Below, piece after piece: positions 26,709 through 35,465 of a stretch of DNA of 35,465 nucleotides. Below the pieces are notes generated by a model. The model saw only the letters and a list, made by a program, of their open reading frames with translations, had not been told where the DNA came from and did no database searches. The stretch's first letter is position 1. Each line of letters opens with the position of its first letter. The translations under genes and the position numbers were made by a program. This DNA is from an uncultured virus (IMG/VR IMGVR_UViG_3300023065_000102). Where the stretch lies: IMG/VR virus record IMGVR_UViG_3300023065_000102, positions 1 to 35,465 of that record; one strand, given 5' to 3'.

Positions 26709-28534
26709 CGGCCGCCCGTCAGATCATTATCCAGGGTGCGCAGCAGCAAGCCCTGCCCTTCCAGCGCGAACTGTACGTGGACCTGTTCGCAGGTGCCGGC
26801 GGAGCAAGCAGCGGCGGCGCCCGCGTGTACCGTGCCCCTGACATTGCCATCAACCACAACCCCATCGCAATCGCAGTGCACCGCGCGAACCACCGCAACA
26901 CCCGCCACTACATCTGCGACATCTACGAGGTCGACCCACTTGAAGCCACTGGCGGCCAGCCCGTGGGCATCTTGTGGGCATCTCCGGACTGCCGACACTT
27001 CTCCAAGGCCAAAGGTGGAGCCCCACGCAGCAAGAGCGTTCGCTCCCTGCCATGGGTCGTGGTCCGTTGGGTCTTCGCTACCAGGCCACGCCTGTTCCTC
27101 ATGGAAAACGTCGAAGAGTTCCAAGCCTGGGGGCCGCTGGACGACGCAGGCAAGCCGATCAAGGCAGAGATGGGTCGCACCTTCAAGGCATTCGTCTCTT
27201 GCCTCACCACCGGCTTGGCTGCAGATCACCCCGACATGGGCGAGATCATGGAGTGCATCGGGCTGTGGGTACCGATGGACGCACTTGTGCGCGGCCTGGG
27301 CTGCAATGTGGAGTGGCGTGAGCGCCGGGCATCCAACGCCGGATCGCCGACCATCCGCAAGCGCCTATTCCTAATCGGCCGCACCGATGGCCGCCCTATC
27401 GTCTGGACGAAGCCCAAGCGGCACGAAAAGCCGAAGGCAGGCCAACTGCCGTGGCGCACAGCCGCCGAATGTATCGACTTCAACGACCTTGGCAAGAGCT
27501 TGTTTGGCCGCAAGCGTCCATTGGTGGACAACACCTGCCGCCGCGTGGCCAAGGGCTTTTGGCGGCACACCGTGATGGCCGAGCAGCCTTTCGTGATTCC
27601 AATGAACGAACAACAGCTGGCCGCCGCAAGCCTTACCGAGTTTGCCAACGCAAGCACCCAAAGGACGTTCAGTGCGGTCGAGCCTCTGCGCACCCAAGTA
27701 GCGCAAGTGAAAGGCGGCCACTTCGCGCTGGCAGCCGCCCACCTCACACACCTGACGCACCACGGCGACCGTTCGGGATATCCCCTGACCGAGTCAACAC
27801 GCACCATAACCGGAGCCAACCGAGGCGAACAGGCCATGGCCACCGCCACGATGGTTACCCTGCGCAAAGGAAGCACTGGCACGAGCATGACCAAACCGGT
27901 CAACGCATTAACCACAGGCAGCGGGCATCATGCGATTGCTGCGTGCCACTTTGAACAAGCAAACGGCGGGTTCTACACCGGTGATGGTCGAGCGGCATGC
28001 TCTCCCCTGAGCACCACCCTCGGACGCGGCACCAAACAGAGACTGGCCAGCGCCTACCTGGTGAAGTACTACGGCACCGGCGGCCAGTGGCAAGGCATGC
28101 GCGAACCGATGCACACGCTACCCACGAAGGAGCGCATGGCCCTGGTCAGCATCGTCCAAGTGCCTGCCGCAGTCCTGCCACCGGAACTGATGAAGAAAGC
28201 GCGCCAGTGCGCCCGCTTCCTGCACACCTATCTGCCCGAGCACTTCCCTGAGCCGGCCGACCTGGTGCTGCTGGGCGACTACGCGCTGGTCGACTTCACC
28301 CTGCGCATGCTGAAGGCGCCAGAGTTGAAGCTCGCTCAGGGCTTCAGCCCTGACTACATCCTCGATCGCGGGCTATTCGAGAACCAGCGCACAGGTGAGC
28401 TGGAGTGGCGCGCCATCAGCAACACCAACCAGATCCGATTGATTGGCAACAGCGTCTGCCCTGACGAGGCGGAAGATCTTATCGCCGCCAACGCCAAAGA
28501 TCTGATCGATCTGTACCAGCGGGAGGCCGCATGA
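26705..28534 (+). CDS. DNA cytosine-5 methyltransferase (orphan)
   Basis: DLFAGAGG (I), ASPDC (IV), MENV (VI), RKRLF (VIII), IGNSV (X). Confidence 0.93.
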   Translation: MTAARQIIIQGAQQQALPFQRELYVDLFAGAGGASSGGARVYRAPDIAINHNPIAIAVHRANHRNTRHYICDIYEVDPLEATGGQPVGILWASPDCRHFSKAKGGAPRSKSVRSLPWVVVRWVFATRPRLFLMENVEEFQAWGPLDDAGKPIKAEMGRTFKAFVSCLTTGLAADHPDMGEIMECIGLWVPMDALVRGLGCNVEWRERRASNAGSPTIRKRLFLIGRTDGRPIVWTKPKRHEKPKAGQLPWRTAAECIDFNDLGKSLFGRKRPLVDNTCRRVAKGFWRHTVMAEQPFVIPMNEQQLAAASLTEFANASTQRTFSAVEPLRTQVAQVKGGHFALAAAHLTHLTHHGDRSGYPLTESTRTITGANRGEQAMATATMVTLRKGSTGTSMTKPVNALTTGSGHHAIAACHFEQANGGFYTGDGRAACSPLSTTLGRGTKQRLASAYLVKYYGTGGQWQGMREPMHTLPTKERMALVSIVQVPAAVLPPELMKKARQCARFLHTYLPEHFPEPADLVLLGDYALVDFTLRMLKAPELKLAQGFSPDYILDRGLFENQRTGELEWRAISNTNQIRLIGNSVCPDEAEDLIAANAKDLIDLYQREAA

Positions 28535-28827
28535 GCACGCACCGCCATGACTGGTACATGAGCGAGGGCGACGACGGCGGCCTGTATCACTGCAGGAAGT
28601 GCAGACGTAATCACCAAGGCACCGTCCCAGAAGCTCGCGACTGCCCAGTGTCAAACGCCGAGCATCACGCCGCCGCTTGGCTCGGCCAGGCCGGGCTGTA
28701 CCGCAATCGGTTTGACGCCGTGCGCAACTTCGAGCAATCCGTCGCGCCGGTATCCGCCAACGAACTGTTTGAGCTGGCCAGGAAACAGGTTCTCAGCCAG
28801 CTCAACGAGGGCCGCCAACATGGATAA
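28531..28827 (+). CDS. Phage hypothetical protein
   Basis: 98 aa, CRKC, WLGQAGLY; overlapping start/stop. Confidence 0.7.
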   Translation: MSTHRHDWYMSEGDDGGLYHCRKCRRNHQGTVPEARDCPVSNAEHHAAAWLGQAGLYRNRFDAVRNFEQSVAPVSANELFELARKQVLSQLNEGRQHG

Positions 28828-29023
28828 ATCAACACGCACCTGGCAGTTGATCAGCCTCGCGCTCGCAGTGGCGCTGATCGTCGCCCTCGTCGAGCTGCAT
28901 CACAACACCACCGCTGGCAGCCCTGCGAACGGCACGTTACCGACCGCTAACAGCTCCACAAACCTTGAGCAACTGGCCCTCAGCCCGAACACTCGCCGAG
29001 TCCATGAGAGGTATTCGCTGTGA
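28820..29023 (+). CDS. Small membrane-anchored phage protein
   Basis: MDKSTRTWQLISLALAVALIVALV; GAGG RBS. Confidence 0.6.
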   Translation: MDKSTRTWQLISLALAVALIVALVELHHNTTAGSPANGTLPTANSSTNLEQLALSPNTRRVHERYSL

Positions 29024-29205
29024 TCGACACATCGACCTACACCCCAGCCACTCGCACCCGCAAGGGTATGCAACCGATGTTCCGCCCAGCCATGTCGTTC
29101 ATCTGCGACATCTGCGGCAACGCCCGCGTCAAGGGCAACCACAACCGGTGCTCCAAGGTCCGCCAAGCAGCTGGGTTCATCATCAGCCGGAGGGCTACGG
29201 CATGA
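29020..29205 (+). CDS. Small putative zinc-binding phage protein
   Basis: CDICG..H..CS; GTGA and ATGA overlaps. Confidence 0.65.
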   Translation: MIDTSTYTPATRTRKGMQPMFRPAMSFICDICGNARVKGNHNRCSKVRQAAGFIISRRATA

Positions 29206-29693
29206 CAATCGACATCATCAGACTGAAGGCACTCGCCACTGCTGCTGCCGCTAATCAATACGACTCCGTAGCCCTGAATGACTACGGTACAGCACTACCG
29301 CACGCGACAGTGTTGGGCTTGATCGCAGAGATTGAGCGCCACCGCCTGATAATCGCGGAGGGCGGTACGCCCGACATCAACAACGCCCACACAGCAGCTC
29401 TGCGCGTTCTCGAGGAACGGCTGCGCCAGATAGACGGCAATGGATACACAGCAGAGCGGGATGACCAGTACACCCGAGGCCAGCTAGCCGACGCTGCCGG
29501 TGCATATGCGTTTTGGGCTTACACCTGCAACATGGAGCATTACGAGGTAACTACCATCCCGCCATCTTGGCCATGGCAGCCCGAACAGTGGAAGCCAACT
29601 AATCAAAGACAAATGCTCGTCAGAGCCGGCGAACTGATTTTAGCGGAAATCGCCCGCTTGGATCGCAAGCATGCACGTGAGGTGACCGCATGA
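29202..29693 (+). CDS. Ead/Ea22-like protein fused to an ERxRQ...WPW...WKP domain
   Basis: MTIDIIRLKALA..PHATVLGLIAEIER then EERLRQ..DDQY..WPWQPEQWKP..LILAEIARLDR. Confidence 0.65.
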   Translation: MTIDIIRLKALATAAAANQYDSVALNDYGTALPHATVLGLIAEIERHRLIIAEGGTPDINNAHTAALRVLEERLRQIDGNGYTAERDDQYTRGQLADAAGAYAFWAYTCNMEHYEVTTIPPSWPWQPEQWKPTNQRQMLVRAGELILAEIARLDRKHAREVTA

Positions 29694-29884
29694 GCACACC
29701 TCGCTGGGTACTGATCAACCGAGCCGCCGAGCTTACCGGCTACTCCGAGGATGCCATTCGCCACAAAGTGAAGAATGGAACCTGGGCGCAGGGCCGGATC
29801 TGGCGAAAGGCCCCTGATGGCCGCATCACCATCAACATTGCAGAGTATGACAAGTGGGCCGAGAGCGCATCACAAGTGGCCTAG
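29690..29884 (+). CDS. xis: Excisionase
   Basis: AAELTGYSEDAIRHK wHTH, WRKAPDGR; overlaps integrase start. Confidence 0.88.
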   Translation: MSTPRWVLINRAAELTGYSEDAIRHKVKNGTWAQGRIWRKAPDGRITINIAEYDKWAESASQVA

Positions 29885-31101
29885 AGGCCGAACTGGCTAA
29901 GCACACCGGTATCGAGATTCACGGGGGCAACTTACGGGTTGTTTTCATGTGGCGCCGCATCCGCTGCCGCGAGTCTCTCGGCCTACCGGTAACCAAAGCC
30001 AACATCAAACACGCCGCTCTTCTCAGGGCGGCGATTCTTCACGAGATAAAAATCGGCACTTTCGAATACGGGCGTCACTTCCCAAACTCGAAGCACGCAG
30101 CTAACTACAGCAATGCAAAGGACGAACGCCTGGCTGCCCTAGCAGAGCGATACAAGCCGTTGAAGGCCATCGACATCACTCCTATGACTGAGGAGAAGTA
30201 CTCGTATGCCATCGATATTTGCGTTGACCTGGTGGGCGAGGACCGACTGGCCGGCGTCCTGCTGCCTGAAGACATCCACGTTCTTCGAGCACGCCTGATT
30301 GAAACCAGAGCCCCCTCGACCGCCAACCACTACCTCGCCACTTTCGCCGGTTTCCTAACCTGGTGCGAAAGCAACAAGTACTGCATCACCGGCCTCGCCG
30401 CCGCCTGCACCCGCTTCGCAATGAGCGAGAAGGAACCAGACCCGCTCACCCATGACGAGTTCGACCTACTCATCTCGAAGGGGTGCCTACACCCCCAGGA
30501 CACGGCCGCTATCACACTGGCGGTGTATACCGGACTGCGACCAGGTGAACTCTGTGCACTAGCGGTTGAAGACATCGACCTTAAGGCCGGCAAAATCGAG
30601 GTCACCAGGGCGATCACCGCGAATGGCACATTTAAGACCCCAAAGACAGGTAAGCCACGAACGGTGCTTCTGATGGAGCCTGCTCTAAACGCTTGTCGCG
30701 CTCTGATCGAAATGGTTGCTGCCCACCCGAAGCGGACTATCGACGTATATTTGAACCGACACGAGTGGAGAGAGGAGTCTGTAACCCCCCTCCTATCACC
30801 GAGCACTCAAGCGAGAAAGCGGGGCATCAACGAATGGTTTGTGTCCACCGCCTGGAACACCAAATGGGCAACCATCCAGCGTAGAGCCGGTATCAGATCT
30901 CGCCGGCCTTACCAAACGCGTCACACTTACGCATGTTGGTGTCTTACGGCGCGTGGCAATCTAGCCTTTATTGCCAAGCAGATGGGTCACAAGGATTTCA
31001 CGATGCTGGTAGAGGTGTATGCAAAGTGGATGGACGACGAGTCACCCGCTGAACTTGAGCGTATATGGAGTATGCTGCGAAGACTGAGAACTCAGCTATA
31101 A
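29854..31101 (+). CDS. int: Tyrosine integrase with N-terminal arm-binding domain
   Basis: RCRESLGL arm domain, YTGLRPGE, KTPKT, YQTRHTY, MGH, VY. Confidence 0.96.
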   Translation: MGRERITSGLEAELAKHTGIEIHGGNLRVVFMWRRIRCRESLGLPVTKANIKHAALLRAAILHEIKIGTFEYGRHFPNSKHAANYSNAKDERLAALAERYKPLKAIDITPMTEEKYSYAIDICVDLVGEDRLAGVLLPEDIHVLRARLIETRAPSTANHYLATFAGFLTWCESNKYCITGLAAACTRFAMSEKEPDPLTHDEFDLLISKGCLHPQDTAAITLAVYTGLRPGELCALAVEDIDLKAGKIEVTRAITANGTFKTPKTGKPRTVLLMEPALNACRALIEMVAAHPKRTIDVYLNRHEWREESVTPLLSPSTQARKRGINEWFVSTAWNTKWATIQRRAGIRSRRPYQTRHTYACWCLTARGNLAFIAKQMGHKDFTMLVEVYAKWMDDESPAELERIWSMLRRLRTQL

Positions 31102-31160
31102 AATCAGCAACAGCGAATTTGAAAAATTCGCTGCTTGACTCCCAACCCAATAAAAACATA

Positions 31161-32210
31161 CTAGATATGTGCGTAATCAGATCTCAACCGAGCAAGTGTA
31201 TCCTCAAAGAAAGGAACCTTTGGAGAGGATGCGTAGAACGCGTATCGCAATGCAAAACCAAACGAACCCCACTCGTTATGTACTGCATTCACAGCATGCT
31301 TTATAGCTTTCCCACTCCCTGTGTGAACCCCCTTAACTCTATCTATCTCGATACGACGCTTATCGTGACTGGCGGCATCAACGACCCTTACAAACATATC
31401 ATAAACATCATGACCCCGGACAAATAGATATGCGCTTTCCGGACAAACGCTCTTCTCACGCGCCACCTCTAAAAAGTCAGAAAACTCCAACTCTAGACCT
31501 TCATCATACACCATCTGAAGCAAGTTATGACTTACAATATTTATACGCTGCCGAAAGCCAAAAAGAACATCCGCAAGGGGTGTCTCATGACCTAAGTTGT
31601 ACCCACCAATCGAAGATAATGCGCCATAAAACTCCGACTTCCAGGCCTGTACCTTTTGCACACCCAAAATAGCATTACAAAATGAAAGCAGTAGGAGAGA
31701 GCTATGTATTATCGCGCTAACTGAGGAAAGAAAAGCCGATGGAGGACATGCAACATCTTCCTTGGTACAAGCCGCAACGGACTCAAAAATAACGTCAACC
31801 AAATCACCATGAAGAAACGCGTTCTCAATGGAGTATATATTGGTATAGTAAATATACTGGGAGAATTTCTCCTGCACAGGAAGAGCTAGCCCCCGAAGAT
31901 ACCCATCGTCGCCGTCCAAACAAAATATTAAGTTTGGACCAAGCTTAAAGTCACCCAACTCTTTGAGCGCTATAAGTCTTTTACATCCATTTGCTTTTTT
32001 ACCATCACTCGCATTGTGCTCTTCAGAAAACTTGACATCGAACCGCACATTTGCCAGCTTGGGAAGACAGGCATTCCAGAACCGCTTGTCATCTCGCGAT
32101 TCGACATAGACCATGACAACCGCCGTCTCTGAGCCGTCAATGTTGAAAAATTTAGCTTTAGCAATATCTGATGAATCCAAAACAAATCCAAACTCGCTTT
32201 GAATAAACAT
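31161..32210 (-). CDS. ariB: DUF4435 TOPRIM-like nuclease, PARIS AriB-like
   Basis: VYVESRDDKRFW, CLDGD, YYTNIYSIEN, VRGHD; ATG 1 nt after the ATPase stop. Confidence 0.82.
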   Translation of the reverse strand: MFIQSEFGFVLDSSDIAKAKFFNIDGSETAVVMVYVESRDDKRFWNACLPKLANVRFDVKFSEEHNASDGKKANGCKRLIALKELGDFKLGPNLIFCLDGDDGYLRGLALPVQEKFSQYIYYTNIYSIENAFLHGDLVDVIFESVAACTKEDVACPPSAFLSSVSAIIHSSLLLLSFCNAILGVQKVQAWKSEFYGALSSIGGYNLGHETPLADVLFGFRQRINIVSHNLLQMVYDEGLELEFSDFLEVAREKSVCPESAYLFVRGHDVYDMFVRVVDAASHDKRRIEIDRVKGVHTGSGKAIKHAVNAVHNEWGSFGFALRYAFYASSPKVPFFEDTLARLRSDYAHI

Positions 32211-32211
32211 A

Positions 32212-33375
32212 TCAACCGCCCTGCGCAACCAATCTAGCCATATTCACAACCTTTTCCTGATCAGTATTCATGACCAAGAATGGTGAATGAGTTGCAACGA
32301 TAAACTGGCAATTCGGAGCCAAGTCTATCAAACCAGGAAGAAGCATTTTCTGCCATTCCATGTGCAGTGACAAATCGGGCTCATCCAAAACAAACAACGC
32401 GCCATCTCTATTGAGAAAAACTATCAAAAACAAAGCTAGTAGGGTTTTCTCCCCCCGAGAAAGCGAAGACCACTTCACGAACTTCCCCGCTTGAAGCTCA
32501 ACACCAAGACTCTTATCCCGCCAAACAAGTTTTCGGGATGTCAATGCAAATATCTTGTTAATTCCTACAAACATAGGGTGATCAGCAAAGCGCTTTTCAT
32601 CTGTAATGAAAATGTCCCGCGCTTTTATTTTCGACATCACGTACTGCCTAGTCTGAACCATAAGCTCATTATCAGCAGTGTCTGCTTCTGCCCCTTGCTT
32701 TTTCAGAAACTCATCAATGTACTTATCAATCTCATCACCGAGATCCTGCCTGACCAGCTGACTGGAAATAAACTCATTAATCAACACATAAAGAGTTTTA
32801 TCAAGATCACCTTCGAGTTCTTTCTTTGCAAAGACAGCACTCTCAGATGACCTTTCGTAGCCGAAAACCACTCTATCGCTAATGAAGCCAACAACCCTCA
32901 AGCTCTTGACAAACTCCGGCGCCTCCTCGGGACTTCTGTTTAACTGCATCGCGCAATAAACTTGATCCTCATCATCCCCGCTCTTGGAAGCAAATCCTTC
33001 TCGCATCTTTGTTTCAACAATGGCTTTCGCCATAGAGGCAAACATTTCTGGCAATGGCTTCGGATTAATTAAAAGCTGCCTAATAGAGCTTTCCCAATCC
33101 TTTTTCTTGACTGTTCCAAGGGTGTCAAATTTCATGCCGTGAAATGTATATCCACCCTCGAAATCAAGCTTTATGATCCAGTCTTCAGACCAGTCCGAAT
33201 AATCTATGCCATTAACTAAAGACAACGACTCCAAAATAGCGGAGAGTACTCGGGACTTGCCTACACCATTAAAACCTGTCAGCACAAGGATATTACGCCC
33301 CGGATCAAGAGAGATAGTTATTTCCCTCCCTTCACAAGGCGAGTTAAACAAACACACTTTTTCAAGACGATTCAA
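32212..33375 (-). CDS. ariA: ABC-type (AAA_15/AAA_21) ATPase, PARIS AriA-like
   Basis: TGFNGVGKS, LSRGEK, VLDEPDLSLH, ATHSP; start uncertain (TTG 33375 after GAGGG, or ATG 33405). Confidence 0.82.
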   Translation of the reverse strand: MNRLEKVCLFNSPCEGREITISLDPGRNILVLTGFNGVGKSRVLSAILESLSLVNGIDYSDWSEDWIIKLDFEGGYTFHGMKFDTLGTVKKKDWESSIRQLLINPKPLPEMFASMAKAIVETKMREGFASKSGDDEDQVYCAMQLNRSPEEAPEFVKSLRVVGFISDRVVFGYERSSESAVFAKKELEGDLDKTLYVLINEFISSQLVRQDLGDEIDKYIDEFLKKQGAEADTADNELMVQTRQYVMSKIKARDIFITDEKRFADHPMFVGINKIFALTSRKLVWRDKSLGVELQAGKFVKWSSLSRGEKTLLALFLIVFLNRDGALFVLDEPDLSLHMEWQKMLLPGLIDLAPNCQFIVATHSPFLVMNTDQEKVVNMARLVAQGG

Positions 33376-33797
33376 TTGGCATCCCTCGTTCAACCGGTAG
33401 CTCATTGCTACAAGCTGAAAATATTTATACCTATTTAATATAGCATCATCAGTATGCCTTTTACATCCACCGACTACACCTTGTGACATCTCCCAGTCAA
33501 GAGCACCAGGGTGCTTCAGCATTCGCCATCCAATCGACGGCTAGATTGCGACAGTCGCTGCTCTGGACTCCGCGCTCTCAAATCCGATTCCCCCCCTCCC
33601 CCTAGAAATTCGCTCACAGGAACGACGCCCTTCACAACCTCACCATGAGAGAGAGGACAACTGCTTGCTCAGAAAGCAGCACATGGGTTCCCAGAAAATG
33701 CATTGACTCATAGCGTGTTGGCCATAGAGCTGACGTGATAACCTTGCCACCATCCTATTTCTGCTTGGACATGAACGCTGAAAAGCTATCAGCCCAA

Positions 33798-33815
33798 TGC
33801 CCCAAAATTGCCCCA
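33798..33815 (+). repeat. Putative integrase arm-type sites (TGCCCCA x2)
   Basis: 11-bp-period direct repeat matching 3170-3187. Confidence 0.7.
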
Positions 33816-33844
33816 CGGCTCCTAGAAAGCGCTCCAAACACTTG

Positions 33845-35465
33845 ATGAATAAAGCAATTTCTGATCTCTCCGCACACACCCCGATGATGCAGCAGTACTG
33901 GAAGCTGAAAAACCAGCACCCGGACCAGCTGATGTTCTACCGCATGGGCGATTTCTACGAGATCTTCTACGAAGATGCGAAGAAAGCCGCAAAACTGCTG
34001 GATATCACCCTGACCGCGCGCGGCCAGTCGGCCGGCCAGTCCATCCCCATGTGCGGCATTCCGTTCCATTCGCTGGAAGGCTACCTGGCCAAACTGGTCA
34101 AGCTCGGCGAATCGGTGGTGATCTGCGAACAGATTGGCGACCCGGCAACCAGCAAGGGCCCGGTAGAGCGCCAGGTGGTGCGCATCATCACCCCCGGCAC
34201 GGTCAGCGACGAAGCACTGCTCGACGAGCGCCGCGACAACCTGATTGCCGCGCTGCTGGGCGATGAACGCCTGTTTGGCCTGGCGGTGCTGGACATCACC
34301 AGTGGCAACTTCGGCGTGCAAGAGATCAAAGGCTGGGAAAACCTGCTGGCCGAGCTCGACCGCCTCAACCCGGTCGAACTGCTGATCCCCGACGACTGGC
34401 CACGCGACCTGCCGGCCGAAAAACGCCCTGGTGCGCGCCGCCGCGCCCAGTGGGACTTCGACCGCGATTCGGCGCGCAAGGCCCTGTGCCAGCAATTCGC
34501 GACCAAGGACCTCAAAGGCTTTGGCTGCGACAAGCTGACCCTGGCCATCGGCGCCGCCGGTTGCCTGCTGACCTACGCCAAGGAAACCCAGCGCACCGCC
34601 CTGCCGCACCTGCGCAGCCTGCGCCACGAGCGCCTGGACGACACGGTCATCCTGGATGGCGCCAGCCGCCGCAACCTGGAGCTGGACGTCAACCTGGCGG
34701 GCGGGCGCGACAATACCCTGCAGTCGGTGATCGACCGCTGCCAGACCGCCATGGCCAGCCGCTTGCTGACCCGCTGGCTGAACCGCCCACTGCGTGACCT
34801 CAAGGTCCTGCAGGCGCGCCAGGATTCGATCCGTTGCCTGCTCGACGGCTACCGTTTCGAAAAACTGCAGCCGCAGCTCAAGGAAATTGGCGATATCGAG
34901 CGGATCCTCGCCCGTATCGGCCTGCGCAATGCCCGCCCACGCGACCTCGCACGCCTGCGTGATGCCCTCGGCGCCCTGCCCGAGCTGCAAAACGCCATGG
35001 CCGAGCTGGAAGCCCCGCACCTGGCACGCCTGGCCGCCATTACCGGCACCTACCCAGAGCTGGCCAGCCTGCTGGAGCGGGCGATCATCGACAACCCGCC
35101 CGCGGTAATCCGTGACGGCGGCGTGCTCAAGGCCGGCTACGACAATGAGCTGGACGAGTTGCTGGCGATCAGCGAGAACGCTGGCCAGTTCCTGATCGAC
35201 CTGGAAGCCCGTGAAAAAGCCCGTACCGGCCTGGCCAATCTCAAGGTCGGCTACAACCGCGTGCATGGCTACTTCATCGAGCTGCCGACCAAGCAGGCCG
35301 AACAAGCCCCGGGCGACTACATTCGCCGCCAGACCCTCAAGGGTGCGGAGCGCTTCATCACCCCAGAGCTCAAGGCGTTCGAGGACAAGGCACTGTCGGC
35401 CAAGAGCCGCGCCCTGGCCCGCGAGAAGATGCTTTACGATGCCCTGCTCGAAACCCTGATCAGCC
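33845..35465 (+). CDS. mutS: DNA mismatch repair protein MutS (partial, runs off window) with prophage-supplied N-terminus MNKAIS
   Basis: [40 protein letters not shown]; missing from the ORF track because it has no stop in the window. Confidence 0.99.
   Translation, partial: MNKAISDLSAHTPMMQQYWKLKNQHPDQLMFYRMGDFYEIFYEDAKKAAKLLDITLTARGQSAGQSIPMCGIPFHSLEGYLAKLVKLGESVVICEQIGDPATSKGPVERQVVRIITPGTVSDEALLDERRDNLIAALLGDERLFGLAVLDITSGNFGVQEIKGWENLLAELDRLNPVELLIPDDWPRDLPAEKRPGARRRAQWDFDRDSARKALCQQFATKDLKGFGCDKLTLAIGAAGCLLTYAKETQRTALPHLRSLRHERLDDTVILDGASRRNLELDVNLAGGRDNTLQSVIDRCQTAMASRLLTRWLNRPLRDLKVLQARQDSIRCLLDGYRFEKLQPQLKEIGDIERILARIGLRNARPRDLARLRDALGALPELQNAMAELEAPHLARLAAITGTYPELASLLERAIIDNPPAVIRDGGVLKAGYDNELDELLAISENAGQFLIDLEAREKARTGLANLKVGYNRVHGYFIELPTKQAEQAPGDYIRRQTLKGAERFITPELKAFEDKALSAKSRALAREKMLYDALLETLIS
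33863..33885 (+). repeat. Right att core, 23 bp
   Basis: Exact direct repeat of 3026-3048, inside mutS codons 7-14. Confidence 0.95.

Larger units (their letters stand above)
3026..33885. mobile_element. Defective (headless) prophage integrated in the 5' end of mutS
   Basis: Flanking 23-bp direct repeats, integrase/excisionase, CI/Cro switch, P2-like tail and lysis genes; no terminase, portal or capsid ORF. Confidence 0.95.

Noticed and set aside
33755-35305. 516-aa minus-strand ORF
   Set aside because: Antisense shadow of mutS in GC-rich DNA

Overview
Pseudomonas (putida-group-like) chromosome at the recX-recA-cinA / mutS locus. A ~30.9-kb prophage-derived element (3026-33885) is integrated in the first codons of mutS. 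It is bounded by a 23-bp direct repeat and supplies mutS with a replacement N-terminus and upstream region. The element keeps int/xis, a RecA-cleavable CI-type repressor with operators, cro, cII, a PrtN-like activator, a C5 methyltransferase, most of a P2-like contractile tail module, and endolysin plus spanins. An apparent single deletion joins the Walker A motif of the primase-helicase to what look like the last five codons of the baseplate spike gene. No head, packaging, holin, tail-completion or intact spike gene remains, so this looks like a headless phage-to-tailocin intermediate at a known tailocin hotspot. AT-rich cargo sits at both ends. The right end has a PARIS-type (AriA/AriB) pair. 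The left end has a stand-alone RelA/SpoT-domain synthetase and an unrecognised coupled pair (coiled-coil/2TM protein + lamin-tail-like protein), the best candidate for an undescribed system. Also notable: a tape measure gene with two large Pro-rich repeat arrays, a probable +1 shifty-stop frameshift in the tail chaperone, and three copies of a nut-like RNA motif. All calls come from reading motifs and synteny; no database searches were run.
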